Part shown: positions 37,940 to 46,822 of the stretch, one piece after another | Layout of the letters: every line of letters starts with the position of its first letter | Position numbering within the stretch: position 1 is the first letter of the stretch | From: a virus | IMG/VR virus record: IMGVR_UViG_3300038405_000273 | Length of the DNA: 64,000 nucleotides | Strand: one strand, 5' to 3' | Translations under genes and position numbers: made by a program | Notes under the pieces: generated by a model | Database searches by the model: none | The model's input: only the letters and a program-made list of their open reading frames with translations | Told to the model about the DNA's origin: nothing

Positions 37940-39625
37940 CTACTCCTTGAACACGTCTGCGATGGTGAGGTCGCCGCCGTTCGGACCGTAGACCAGATCG
38001 AGCGTCCGCAAGCCGCTGATTGCATTCGCGAAGCCGCTCGACGTGATGCTGTAGTCGGTCTCGCTAGCGATCGTCTCGCGATCCACAGTGCCATGACCGT
38101 ACACGCATGCGAGGATTGTCGCCTCAGCTTTCGACAAACGGCGCCGCCAGTAACCGAGCAGCTCCGCGCCGCGCGGCAACGGCTCAACCGGTCCGGCGAG
38201 TTCGCGTCCAGCCTGTGTGATTCCACGTCGATCGGGCGAGCCGTCGTCGATGAGCCTTTTCGTGCGCAGCTCCGACAACGCGTTCGCGAAGCCGCTCGAT
38301 GTCTTTCGGTACCCGGAAAGCGCCGAGAGCTGCGAGTCCGATGCAACGCCGCGCTGGGCAAGCACGCCGAGAAGCGCGCGAGCACAGCGGGACAGTTGCG
38401 GGTCACCATCGCGTGGGGGTGAACCGTTCTCGAACCGTCCGTGCTTCGCTGCTGCTACGCCGGCCGCGACGCCGTCCATCATGGCCTGCTTCGCCGACTT
38501 GCCAAGCACAGTGCGCACGTTCCCCAGCTCGGACAGAACGGCTTGCTGAGCCTGCGCGAGCTTGTCGACGAGCTTCTCCAGCCGCTTGATGCTCTTTTCG
38601 GAGAGCACCTCGCGTTCAATCGTCTTCGTCGGCGCGCCCGTCTGCTTTGCCAGCGCAAGCCCGCGCTCCAGCTCGGCGATGCGTGCACGTAGAATTCTCG
38701 GGTCGTTCGCCTTGGCCTCTTCGACAGCCGTTCCCATCACCGTTTCCAGCTCGGCGAGGTCGAGCGCTTTGATCTTGACGGCCTTGCGCACGGCGAGCGG
38801 CGTCGCGTTCACGTCGTACGTGGCACGCTTGTGAAGCTGGTAGGTGCCGTAGGTGTTGAACACGCTCGGCGACCACACGATAGCGTTGCCGCGCGCGAGC
38901 CCTGGTAGCTCATCCTTCACGGCGTCGCGGCCGATGGCTTCTTTTTCCTGCACCCACTCGGCGATGGCCTTGCGTTCGAGCACGCCGTTCATGCGAAGCG
39001 CGATCAGCACGTCGGCGAGATTGAGCACGTCTTTGTTGATCTTCTGCGGGCGCTGCGAGATGAGGCCGAGGCCGATTCCGTAGTTTCGGCCGACCTCGGC
39101 GATCTCCTCGAAGGCGCCCAGCATGCGCTCCTGCCCCGTGAAGAGCTTTTGCGGGATGAACCGCTGTGACTCCTCAAGCCAGATCTGCACAGGGCCGGGA
39201 TGGTCTTTCTTCACGCGGAAGAACGTCTCGGCGAAGTCGGTCGCGAAGCGGCAGCGGTCGCCCTTCGACATGAGGCTCACGTCGAGAACCGCGGACGATT
39301 GGCTGCGCGCGAGCGCGTCGGCCACTACAGAACCTGTCGACGGCATGAGCGGGATATCGCCGTGCGCGCCGCCAAGAACCGGGATCTGGAACGGCGATGG
39401 ATGCTTGCCGGTGTCGTCGAGGCGAAGGCTCCAATAAATACCCACGTAGTCGATCACGATCACAGGGATCGACGCGGCGAGTAGCCCCTCGATGATCACG
39501 AAGGCCGCGTTCGACTTGCCCGATCCGCGATTTCCGAGCAGGGCGACGACGAGCGTCGAGAGTTCAGCAGCGGGGAAGCCGAGGTCGCGAGCGAGACGGA
39601 CGTTTTTCATCGTTTCCCTTTCCAA
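37940..39625 (-). CDS. HerA/FtsK-like ATPase (DUF87-like) with tandem C-terminal winged helices
   Basis: GNRGSGKS, LEESQRFIPQ, GRNYGIGLGLISQRP; two TSSGFANA(L/I)SxLRT repeats; start 39625 or 39610. Confidence 0.88.
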   Translation of the reverse strand: MERETMKNVRLARDLGFPAAELSTLVVALLGNRGSGKSNAAFVIIEGLLAASIPVIVIDYVGIYWSLRLDDTGKHPSPFQIPVLGGAHGDIPLMPSTGSVVADALARSQSSAVLDVSLMSKGDRCRFATDFAETFFRVKKDHPGPVQIWLEESQRFIPQKLFTGQERMLGAFEEIAEVGRNYGIGLGLISQRPQKINKDVLNLADVLIALRMNGVLERKAIAEWVQEKEAIGRDAVKDELPGLARGNAIVWSPSVFNTYGTYQLHKRATYDVNATPLAVRKAVKIKALDLAELETVMGTAVEEAKANDPRILRARIAELERGLALAKQTGAPTKTIEREVLSEKSIKRLEKLVDKLAQAQQAVLSELGNVRTVLGKSAKQAMMDGVAAGVAAAKHGRFENGSPPRDGDPQLSRCARALLGVLAQRGVASDSQLSALSGYRKTSSGFANALSELRTKRLIDDGSPDRRGITQAGRELAGPVEPLPRGAELLGYWRRRLSKAEATILACVYGHGTVDRETIASETDYSITSSGFANAISGLRTLDLVYGPNGGDLTIADVFKE

Positions 39626-40002
39626 GCTCCACGCATGTACAGCTCCGTTCCTTCGATCAGCACCGCCTTCCCGTCCACGACGCGGCAGCGCGCGATCCGG
39701 TACCGCGGCTTGTCCTCGTCACCGGGCTCGTCGTTGAACGTCGAACGGAAGGACAGATCGACGTGCGGCGCGTCCGGGCGATTTCGCGGCGCGAGATGCC
39801 CGAACCGCCAGTCCTCGCGCCCGTGCACCCACGCCAAATACTTGGCTTCGCACCATGCACAGTGCGCGTTGGCGACGAGCATCCCTTCGTATTCGTTGAA
39901 GTAGCCGCCGGCCTCGTCACGTGTAATCGGGCGTGGCGGCTCTTCGTGGACGACAGGGCCCTCGCAAAAGTAGCAGTTGGATCGAGCGAGATTGTGGCTC
40001 AT
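39607..40002 (-). CDS. Cys-containing hypothetical protein
   Basis: CYFC and CAWC motifs; ATGA coupling. Confidence 0.7.
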   Translation of the reverse strand: MSHNLARSNCYFCEGPVVHEEPPRPITRDEAGGYFNEYEGMLVANAHCAWCEAKYLAWVHGREDWRFGHLAPRNRPDAPHVDLSFRSTFNDEPGDEDKPRYRIARCRVVDGKAVLIEGTELYMRGAWKGKR

Positions 40003-40367
40003 CCGCACCCCCCGCGCATGGCGTACGCAACCGCGAATCGGATCACGCCCGACGGATCGGTGCTCCCGTACAAGGCGCCAGGTTTGATCGCGTCTGCAGC
40101 GAGCACGCTCAGTCGAAGCGCTTCACTGACACGCTGATCGATCTGGTCGAGCGGCACTCGCAATGCGTCCGCGAGCCGACGCGCTTGCGCGAGCGTGCAT
40201 TCGCGCTCTCCGCGCTCCAGCCGTGAGATGTGCGCCTGCGACGTCTCGATCTGCATCGCAAGCTGGACCTGCGACAGCCGGCGCTTCTCGCGCAGGGCCT
40301 CGATGACCGCGCCGAACGCGATGGCGCGCAGCCGTTCGTCGACGTCGGCGCACAGCGCAGCGGTCAC
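39999..40367 (-). CDS. XRE-family HTH regulator
   Basis: LREKRRLSQVQLA...SQAHISRLERGER. Confidence 0.9.
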   Translation of the reverse strand: MTAALCADVDERLRAIAFGAVIEALREKRRLSQVQLAMQIETSQAHISRLERGERECTLAQARRLADALRVPLDQIDQRVSEALRLSVLAADAIKPGALYGSTDPSGVIRFAVAYAMRGGCG

Positions 40368-40391
40368 GCTCGCCCTCCGCGACGCACGAAA

Positions 40392-40577
40392 TTAATCGCG
40401 TCTTCGGCTCCAACGAGCCACGCGTGTGTGTGTGTGCCTACCCTCACGCTGATGTGCATGCAGCCACATCCGCCGCGGGACTGGCACGCGCGCCCAGTGC
40501 TTGGTGCAAAGCAGTTCTCGCGGACGCACGAGCGTTCGGCAGGCTCCACACTCGTGCCATTCGTAACGGGGCGGCAA
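40392..40577 (-). CDS. Cys/His zinc-binding protein related to 20917..21237
   Basis: HECGACRTLVRPRELLCTKHW; TTG start inferred. Confidence 0.5.
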   Translation of the reverse strand: MPPRYEWHECGACRTLVRPRELLCTKHWARVPVPRRMWLHAHQREGRHTHTRVARWSRRRD

Positions 40578-40731
40578 GGATCTGCTCGTCGGCGATCGCG
40601 TCGATCGCTTCGACCAGCTCGGCGGTCTCTTCGAGCAGCTTCGCACGCAAAAGGCCCAGCATCTCTTCGGGGCGCGCGACGCGAAACTCGCCTTCTGTGC
40701 CACGCAGCCGATGCCGAACCAGTTTCTCCAT
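40444..40731 (-). CDS. Truncated MazG/PRA-PH-like protein
   Basis: KLVR...LRAKLLEETAEL pattern; the 3' half overlaps 40392..40577 out of frame. Confidence 0.5.
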   Translation of the reverse strand: MEKLVRHRLRGTEGEFRVARPEEMLGLLRAKLLEETAELVEAIDAIADEQILAAPLRMARVWSLPNARASARTALHQALGARASPAADVAACTSA

Positions 40732-40741
40732 GCGGACGGCA

Positions 40742-40771
40742 TGTGTAGCACTTCGTGGAATCGGATGTCAA
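40742..40771 (-). promoter_or_regulatory. Candidate sigma70-type promoter
   Basis: TTGACA-18 nt-TACACA with TG upstream of the -10, 10 nt before ATG 40731. Confidence 0.45.
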
Positions 40772-40786
40772 TGGCGCGAAGGGCTT

Positions 40787-42094
40787 CTACTGCGGAATGT
40801 TGTGCCACGCGCCGGGAGCGCATGGCTCTTGGTCGCCCGTCACGGTGTGCGCCTTTCGGTGAACCGTGCAGTGCACGAGACGCGTCGCGCTCGTCTGGCT
40901 CCGCGCCGCCCAATCGATGAACTCGATTTTGTCTCCAGACGAATCAGCGGCCTGATCGGCCCGCGTGTCGGATCCGCCGATGTCGAGCACGGCTGGCTGG
41001 TCCTCCGCGTGCTCCTCGTCGTCCACCCCGTTCGCGTCGTCGCTCCCGAGCACCTTCTTCGCGAAGTCGCCGAGTGCTGGCGGCGGAGCGCCGAGCACCG
41101 GCGCGGGCGGCGCCTCCGGTAGCGTCAGCGGGGATCCAGGAAGCGGCGCGTTGTTGGTGGGGATCAGACCCCCCACGAGAAGTTTCTTCTCTTCAGGGGG
41201 TTGCGCTGCCAAGTAGCGATGACCAGCTTCCCGCACGGCCATGAGCACAGCGTCCAGCCTCGACGCTCCAATCGCGCTGAAATCGATTGCGACCGCGCCT
41301 GGGGTGTTGGCCTGTAACCGGTCGAGAAACGCGCCCAGGTCGCGCGCTACGCTCGCCCCGAGCTGGTCTAGCGCGGTCGCGAGAGCCCCGTGGGGGAGGA
41401 TAGCCGCGATGGTTGGCGTCTTGCTCTGCCTGGCGTCTACGACATTCGCGACCGGCGGGGTGCCGAACAGGAACGCGTCAGCCGGCACGGCGTCGAGCTG
41501 CCGGTGCCCCCAAGCCTTCTCGAACGCCGAGGCGATGATGTCGAGCTGCCTGGCGTCGAGCTTGATCAGCACGCAGTCCGGGCACGGGTCCGTGTGTGCT
41601 GGCGCCGAAGCGCGCTGTGGCACATGGAGGGTCCATTCGTTGCACGGCTCCTCGGAAATCACTACCTGCAGCGCCGTCTCGCCGACCGGCATGGGCAGCA
41701 GCCGTTTCAGGAGCTTCTTGCCGGCGTAGGGTGGCACGAGCGCGCCGCGCCGCAGCCATCGGACTCCAACCGTCAGGTCGGTCTGGTTGATCGCCTGCAG
41801 CACAGGGCGCACACGGTCGTCGTACGTTTCGTTGATCCAGCGCCAGTAGCCGTTGACTGCAGTCCTCTCGACACGCCCCTTGATCGCTTGCGGGAAGTCG
41901 AGCCGGCCGAACCGCCTCATCCGTGCGACGAGCTTCACGTAGTGCACAGCCATAGGCGCAGACACGCCGCGCACGACTAGCAGGTAACGCAGGTAACCAG
42001 GCGCTTCGGGGAAGCCGTCCAGCGACCGCGGCGGGAACGAGTACGTGGCGCCATCGATCACGAGATTTAGGGGCGGACCGGCGTATTTCGGCAT
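40787..42094 (-). CDS. Hypothetical protein with tyrosine-recombinase core-binding-like N-terminus
   Basis: YLRYLLVVRGVSAPMAVHY resembles the XerC/D core-binding helix; no R-H-R-Y catalytic set recognised. Confidence 0.55.
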   Translation of the reverse strand: MPKYAGPPLNLVIDGATYSFPPRSLDGFPEAPGYLRYLLVVRGVSAPMAVHYVKLVARMRRFGRLDFPQAIKGRVERTAVNGYWRWINETYDDRVRPVLQAINQTDLTVGVRWLRRGALVPPYAGKKLLKRLLPMPVGETALQVVISEEPCNEWTLHVPQRASAPAHTDPCPDCVLIKLDARQLDIIASAFEKAWGHRQLDAVPADAFLFGTPPVANVVDARQSKTPTIAAILPHGALATALDQLGASVARDLGAFLDRLQANTPGAVAIDFSAIGASRLDAVLMAVREAGHRYLAAQPPEEKKLLVGGLIPTNNAPLPGSPLTLPEAPPAPVLGAPPPALGDFAKKVLGSDDANGVDDEEHAEDQPAVLDIGGSDTRADQAADSSGDKIEFIDWAARSQTSATRLVHCTVHRKAHTVTGDQEPCAPGAWHNIPQ

Positions 42095-42103
42095 CGGAGA
42101 AGC

Positions 42104-42132
42104 ACAGTAGATAGGTGCACTGTTACTGTCAA
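42104..42132 (-). promoter_or_regulatory. Sigma70-type promoter of 40787..42094
   Basis: TTGACA-17 nt-TACTGT, 9 nt before the ATG. Confidence 0.75.
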
Positions 42133-42147
42133 CAAGTATTGCGTCCT

Positions 42148-42238
42148 CCCGCGCGCACGTAATTCAAGTTGCCACCCACGTAATGTACTTAAAGAAGTAA
42201 TAAAATATAGGTCGCAACTTGAATTACGTGCGCGCGGG
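42148..42238. repeat. Perfect 25-bp inverted repeat with 41-nt AT-rich spacer
   Basis: CCCGCGCGCACGTAATTCAAGTTGC (42148-42172) / GCAACTTGAATTACGTGCGCGCGGG (42214-42238). Confidence 0.95.
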
Positions 42239-42288
42239 CGCGTAAGAGAGTAGATTTATGGGCCCCCTAAGTATTATGCTTTCCCTTA

Positions 42289-42558
42289 ATGGAAAAGCTG
42301 AGGGAGCTGCCACAGGAGGGGGACCGGATCCTGGCGGTCAAGGACGCAGGAGGTCGCATCGAAGTTCGCCGTGCTCGTGTGGAGCGCGTCGTGATCGCCA
42401 GCAACGGAACACTGCACCCTGCCATCGCGCTCGCGGTGACGACGACAGGCGAGCTGCTGTGCACGTTCAACCTCGCGACCGAGAGCATCACGTGGTGCCG
42501 CGGATGGGACGAAGCACAACGGGACGTGCTCGAAGCCGCGTATCGACTGGCGGCGTGA
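42289..42558 (+). CDS. Small protein, WxxG(W/H) family copy 1
   Basis: PQEGDRI...ITWCRGWDEAQRDVLEAAYRL. Confidence 0.7.
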   Translation: MEKLRELPQEGDRILAVKDAGGRIEVRRARVERVVIASNGTLHPAIALAVTTTGELLCTFNLATESITWCRGWDEAQRDVLEAAYRLAA

Positions 42559-42608
42559 CGCGCGCTCGTGCCGTGCTCGTGACTTGACGCGGGCCCCGCC
42601 GTTCACGC

Positions 42609-42878
42609 ATGCTCTCGCCCATGCCCGCGACCCCCGAACCCGAGCCGCTCGGCGCCGAGATTCGGCGCGTGCGCGAATCGCTCGGGATGACGCTGGTGCA
42701 GTTCGGCAAGTACGTCGACATGCCGTGGCAGACCATCGCCGCGTGGGAGAGTGGCCGCACCGTGCCGCCCGCCGATCGGTTGCTGGCGCTCGCGCACGCG
42801 ACGCGACGTGCACCGACACCGTTCCGGTTCGAGCGCGTCGCCCGCGAAGTCGCGGCGCAGGAGCGCGCGGCGGCGTGA
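42609..42878 (+). CDS. XRE-family HTH regulator
   Basis: IRRVRESLGMTLVQFG...WQTIAAWESGRTVP. Confidence 0.9.
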   Translation: MLSPMPATPEPEPLGAEIRRVRESLGMTLVQFGKYVDMPWQTIAAWESGRTVPPADRLLALAHATRRAPTPFRFERVAREVAAQERAAA

Positions 42879-43021
42879 GCGCGACCGTGCCGCGCATCGT
42901 CGTGATCGATCGGACCCGCGCCGGCCGCGCGTGGCGTGCGCTGAAAGCATTTGCGTCGCTCGCGCTGGTGCTTACGCTGGCTGTGCACGTCGACGACGAG
43001 GTTCGGCGGGTGTTGGGCTGA
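42875..43021 (+). CDS. Small membrane protein
   Basis: GTGA coupling; AFASLALVLTLAV. Confidence 0.5.
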   Translation: MSATVPRIVVIDRTRAGRAWRALKAFASLALVLTLAVHVDDEVRRVLG

Positions 43022-43024
43022 CCT

Positions 43025-43216
43025 GTGCCGCCTCGCCAGACTTACAACGCGCACCCGACGGACCTGAATTTGTACCTGGAGCACGTGGCGGCGCTTCGAA
43101 TACCGAGCTGCGGCTGCAACGTGGGCGTCCCCGACTACCACTGCGACATCGGGTACGCGCTGTTCCAGGTCGAAAAGAACAAACGCAACGCACGCCGCGA
43201 TCCCGCGAAGGGGTAA
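43025..43216 (+). CDS. Hypothetical Cys/His protein
   Basis: EHVAALRIPSCGC...HCDIG. Confidence 0.55.
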   Translation: MPPRQTYNAHPTDLNLYLEHVAALRIPSCGCNVGVPDYHCDIGYALFQVEKNKRNARRDPAKG

Positions 43217-43260
43217 GCAGGCGTTTCGGAGCGCTATCCGACGCGTGTTAGCCTAGGCAC

Positions 43261-43536
43261 GTGGCGGTTCGCACGTACGTGCACTGTGTGCTTTGCGGCT
43301 ACGACGTGAAGCCGGCACGGCTGGGCCTGCGAGAAGACGGCGTTTACGACGCTACGACCGCGCCGGCGCATGTACCGGAGCTGCGTGTCGACCACATTGG
43401 GGGGCGTGGCAAGCTGGCCGTGGAGAAGCTCGCGCTGCCGATGCCGTTCGCGCTCGGTGTTCGAGAGGCGCTGCGTGCCGCGCTCGCCCGTGTGGAGGCG
43501 GAGATTTTGGAAGCCGGCGGCGAGCTGCCGGATTGA
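43261..43536 (+). CDS. Hypothetical protein
   Basis: 91 aa; HCVLCG at the N-terminus. Confidence 0.65.
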   Translation: MAVRTYVHCVLCGYDVKPARLGLREDGVYDATTAPAHVPELRVDHIGGRGKLAVEKLALPMPFALGVREALRAALARVEAEILEAGGELPD

Positions 43537-43553
43537 GCATGTCGGTAGGGCTA

Positions 43554-43568
43554 TGCTAGATTACTGGC
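43554..43568 (+). promoter_or_regulatory. Repeated promoter motif TGCTAGATTACTGGC
   Basis: One mismatch to the TGCTAGATTGCTGGC consensus; just upstream of 43573. Confidence 0.7.
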
Positions 43569-43572
43569 ATCG

Positions 43573-43830
43573 GTGATGGCGTCCTACCCGAAGAAAGGCG
43601 ACCGCGTCACGGTGGTCGTCCCGGGGTTCCCGACGCCACAACGCACGGCACCTGCAGTGGTCGTTCGGCGACGACAGCGGCGTGTGTTCATGGCGCGACG
43701 ACTCGATGCCGTCGGTTCCGTTTTGCTGTGCTCGCCAGACGACGAAGGATGGCGCTGGGCGCGTGGATGGAACACCGGCGCGGCGCAAGCGCTCAAAGCA
43801 GTGGTGGCGCTAGGGAACTGCCAGGAATGA
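43573..43830 (+). CDS. Small protein, WxxG(W/H) family copy 2
   Basis: PKKGDRV...DEGWRWARGWNTGAAQALKAVVAL. Confidence 0.7.
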   Translation: MMASYPKKGDRVTVVVPGFPTPQRTAPAVVVRRRQRRVFMARRLDAVGSVLLCSPDDEGWRWARGWNTGAAQALKAVVALGNCQE

Positions 43831-43893
43831 AAGTGGGGCCGCCGCCCGTCGTGCCCGAGTCGCGGTTCGGGTTGGTGACGGCGGCCCCGAGAA

Positions 43894-44220
43894 CTAGTTA
43901 GACGTCTCGTCCGGCGTCGCCTCGATGCTGGTTTGCTGGAGCGCCCAGAGCAAAACGGCCTCGAAGACTGGCGTGAAGAACGCCCCGAGCAAGCCGCCAA
44001 TCAGCACACGTTTCCACACCACGGCGTTCACGAGCGTGTGGCTGCCGAGCCCGCTCGCGGCGCCCAGCCAGAAACCCGAGCAACCGGCACAGCGCAGGAG
44101 CTTGTCCACCCAACCCGAGGCGCGGGACCACAGCGGCCGCGCGATTTCACTGCGTGCGACGATCCAGTGCGAGGCGGCCCACAGCACGGCGTACACGAGC
44201 ACGTGATCGAGCTGAATCAT
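43894..44220 (-). CDS. DUF1360-like membrane protein
   Basis: LLRCAGCSGFW motif flanked by hydrophobic helices; AGGAGG RBS. Confidence 0.7.
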   Translation of the reverse strand: MIQLDHVLVYAVLWAASHWIVARSEIARPLWSRASGWVDKLLRCAGCSGFWLGAASGLGSHTLVNAVVWKRVLIGGLLGAFFTPVFEAVLLWALQQTSIEATPDETSN

Positions 44221-44230
44221 CGGAGCCCTC

Positions 44231-44650
44231 CTATCGACGGCGCATCCGCTGCTGAAAATCAGAAAGCGAGATCGTGGGCTGCCAGTTTTCACAGGTCGCG
44301 AGCATGTCCGTAATGATTGAATCGCGTCGACAAAATCCGCTGCTCTTTGGGTCCAGCTCCAGCGACTTGCGGCCGACGAAGTCCTTTGCGATCGGCGTCG
44401 TGAAGTTCCCGCGCTCGTTCGGCTTGAGTCCGTGCGCCATGATGTGCCGAATGAGCTTGTTCTGATCTACGTTCTCCCAGGACCTACACATCGCACACGG
44501 ACGCGACTCCGTGCCGGTGGCCAGCTCCACGACGCCGGCGGCATCCGTCTCGCCGTCACCGCCGACGACTTCTAACGGCCGCCACTGATCGTCGTCGCTC
44601 ATCTGTGCCAGGAAGCTTGCGACGTCTTGAGCCTTCCCGTCAACGGGCAT
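44231..44650 (-). CDS. Cys-containing hypothetical protein
   Basis: CAMC...GFC...CENW. Confidence 0.7.
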   Translation of the reverse strand: MPVDGKAQDVASFLAQMSDDDQWRPLEVVGGDGETDAAGVVELATGTESRPCAMCRSWENVDQNKLIRHIMAHGLKPNERGNFTTPIAKDFVGRKSLELDPKSSGFCRRDSIITDMLATCENWQPTISLSDFQQRMRRR

Positions 44651-44670
44651 TCGAGCTAGAGTCCTGGCCC

Positions 44671-46785
44671 ATGGCTGTCGCCGCGCCGATCCCGCTGCTC
44701 AAGTCGATTCCAGACATGAGCAGGTTGAACACGTTCACCGGGTACATGGTCACGGTCACGAAGCACACCGGCCCGAAAGGAACGCCGGGCACCAGCGTGG
44801 TCCCGACGCAGAAGATGACCAAGGACAATCTGCTGGCGCTGCAGGCGACGCTTCCGATCCAGCATGGCGCCGGGTACTACCAGTTCGACGTCACCGACGA
44901 AGGCGGCACTGGAACCGACGCGTGGATGGTCAAGCTCGGCTCCGATGTGATGCCAACCCAGGAGGGTTTCCCGATGGCCGGTTCCACACCGTTCGCACCT
45001 GCTGCTCCTGCCGTTCCCGGCGCGCCGCTCGACCCGTCCGTGCAGCAGATCATGCCGGGGTGGTTCTTCAACGAGCAGCTCGGGCTCCTCACGACGCCGT
45101 GGCGCGAGACCGTGCAGTGGCGGCAAGGCGATCCGCTGCCGAAGCCACCCGTGTCCGGCGCAGCAGCCAGCCACCTTCAAGTCGTCCCGCCGAATGCAGC
45201 GCCGTGGAACTGGCCGCCGCAACAGCAGGGATGGGGCGGCTGGGGCGGCTACCCAGCTAACACCGGCGAGTCCGACAAGATCGCGCAGCTCGAAGCACGG
45301 CTCGCCGAAGAGCGCCGCCAGCGCGAGATGGACGAACTACGTGCCGAATCGCGCAGGCGTGACGAAGAGAACACGCGCCGCATGGAGGAGCAGGCGCGGC
45401 GGTTCGAGGCGCTCATCGAGAAGGTGACGTCCAAGCCGTCCGGGCCGACCGAGGCGGAGCTGCGCGCGCAGCGCGAAGTCGAGGAGACGCGCCGCCGGCT
45501 GGAAGAGACCGAACGCCGTCGCGAAGAATCCGAGCGCGAGACGCGCCGCCGCGAAGAAGAGCGCGCTCGCGAAGAGCGCATTCAAAAGCAGATCGAGGAC
45601 CAACGCCGCGACACCGAGCGGATGCTGCGCGAACTGTCGTCGAACAAGAGCGACCCGATGCTCACGCTGCTCGGCTCGATCATCCAGACCCAGTCGGCGA
45701 GCAGCGCCGAGACGATTCGGACCATCCGTGATGCGAGCGCCGCTGCCACTGCGGCTGCCGAGCGCGGGACTGCCCAGGTGCTCGAACTCGCACGGACGAG
45801 CCGCGAGGGCGCCGTCGAGTCGTCGAAGACCGTGATGGAGTCGATGAAGGGCGTGATGGACATGCAGGCGCAGGTCTACTCGCAGCTCCTCGACGTCGCG
45901 GGCCAAGGCAACCAGCCATGGTGGGCGAACGTCGTGCAGGAAGGCGTGGGCAAGATCGGCCTCATCGGGCAGGCGCTCATGGAACAGCGCCAGCAACAGG
46001 CGCAGCAGCCGCAAGTCATGATGCCGGCGCCGCAGGCCCGCCGGATTGCGCCGGCACAGCCGATGCGGCCGACGGGCGCGCCGATTCCACAACCGGCGGC
46101 TCCGGTCGGAATGGCGCCTGTCTCTGCGGCGCCGCAGCTCGCCGGTCGCCCCGCCGACGCGGCCTACGACCAGGAGAAGGACGAGTTCGTGTTCCCGGAC
46201 GGCTGGCGCGTGCCGGCTGCGCAGGTCCAGCGCGATGGCTGGCCGGCGACGATCAAGCGGCGACACCTCCCCGCGCCGGCGCCGATGCCGATCGACGCGG
46301 CCGCCGTCAACGGCGCCACGAGCGGCGCTCCCGTTTCGGTGGTGCCTCCAGCTGCTGCACCCGCTCCCAAGAAACGAAGCCGGAAGAAAAACGGCCCCGA
46401 CAAGGACGCCGCGACGCAAGCGAGCACGTTCGAGGGGCTCCGCGGGATGGATCCCGAAGCGTGCTACGACACGCTCAAGCCGCTCGACGACCAAATGCTC
46501 TTCGGCGCGCTGCTCCCGTACGTGCAAGATCTCCGCGATAAAGTGGCGGCCGGAAAGCTGCCCGAGGAGAAGGCGGCCGAGTTCATCTTGGGGACGCGTG
46601 CTTACGCCACGTCGTTCGGCGGCGCGCCCCCGCCCGCATTCGAGCTGCTCGCAGCAGAGCAACTGGACGTGCTGGTCGAGCGGCTCCTCCCCGATGCCGA
46701 AGAGGACTACAAAGAGGGCGTCGTCGAGATCATGGAGACCACGCTCGAAGCCGAAAACAACGGCACGGTCGCGCAGCAGCAGTAG
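44671..46785 (+). CDS. Large Pro/Gln-rich coiled-coil protein of unknown function
   Basis: Start re-picked at 44671 (TAGAGT box 8 nt upstream); central E/R coiled coil, Pro/Ala linkers, helical C-terminus. Confidence 0.85.
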   Translation: MAVAAPIPLLKSIPDMSRLNTFTGYMVTVTKHTGPKGTPGTSVVPTQKMTKDNLLALQATLPIQHGAGYYQFDVTDEGGTGTDAWMVKLGSDVMPTQEGFPMAGSTPFAPAAPAVPGAPLDPSVQQIMPGWFFNEQLGLLTTPWRETVQWRQGDPLPKPPVSGAAASHLQVVPPNAAPWNWPPQQQGWGGWGGYPANTGESDKIAQLEARLAEERRQREMDELRAESRRRDEENTRRMEEQARRFEALIEKVTSKPSGPTEAELRAQREVEETRRRLEETERRREESERETRRREEERAREERIQKQIEDQRRDTERMLRELSSNKSDPMLTLLGSIIQTQSASSAETIRTIRDASAAATAAAERGTAQVLELARTSREGAVESSKTVMESMKGVMDMQAQVYSQLLDVAGQGNQPWWANVVQEGVGKIGLIGQALMEQRQQQAQQPQVMMPAPQARRIAPAQPMRPTGAPIPQPAAPVGMAPVSAAPQLAGRPADAAYDQEKDEFVFPDGWRVPAAQVQRDGWPATIKRRHLPAPAPMPIDAAAVNGATSGAPVSVVPPAAAPAPKKRSRKKNGPDKDAATQASTFEGLRGMDPEACYDTLKPLDDQMLFGALLPYVQDLRDKVAAGKLPEEKAAEFILGTRAYATSFGGAPPPAFELLAAEQLDVLVERLLPDAEEDYKEGVVEIMETTLEAENNGTVAQQQ

Positions 46786-46792
46786 CTCGAAT

Positions 46793-46822
46793 TTGACGCC
46801 CTCCCGCCGACCGGCGTACGCT
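46793..46822 (+). promoter_or_regulatory. Sigma70-type promoter of the second basic-protein cluster
   Basis: TTGACG-18 nt-TACGCT, 7 nt before ATG 46830. Confidence 0.65.

Noticed and set aside
40787-42094. Functional integrase with att site
   Set aside because: No R-K-H-R-H/W-Y catalytic set recognised; no tRNA or att repeat seen
42148-42238. Protelomerase (telRL) site
   Set aside because: Arms are separated by 41 nt rather than forming a continuous palindrome, and no protelomerase was recognised
44671-46785. Tape measure, portal or major capsid protein
   Set aside because: No recognisable motifs, Pro-rich composition, and no head-tail gene context
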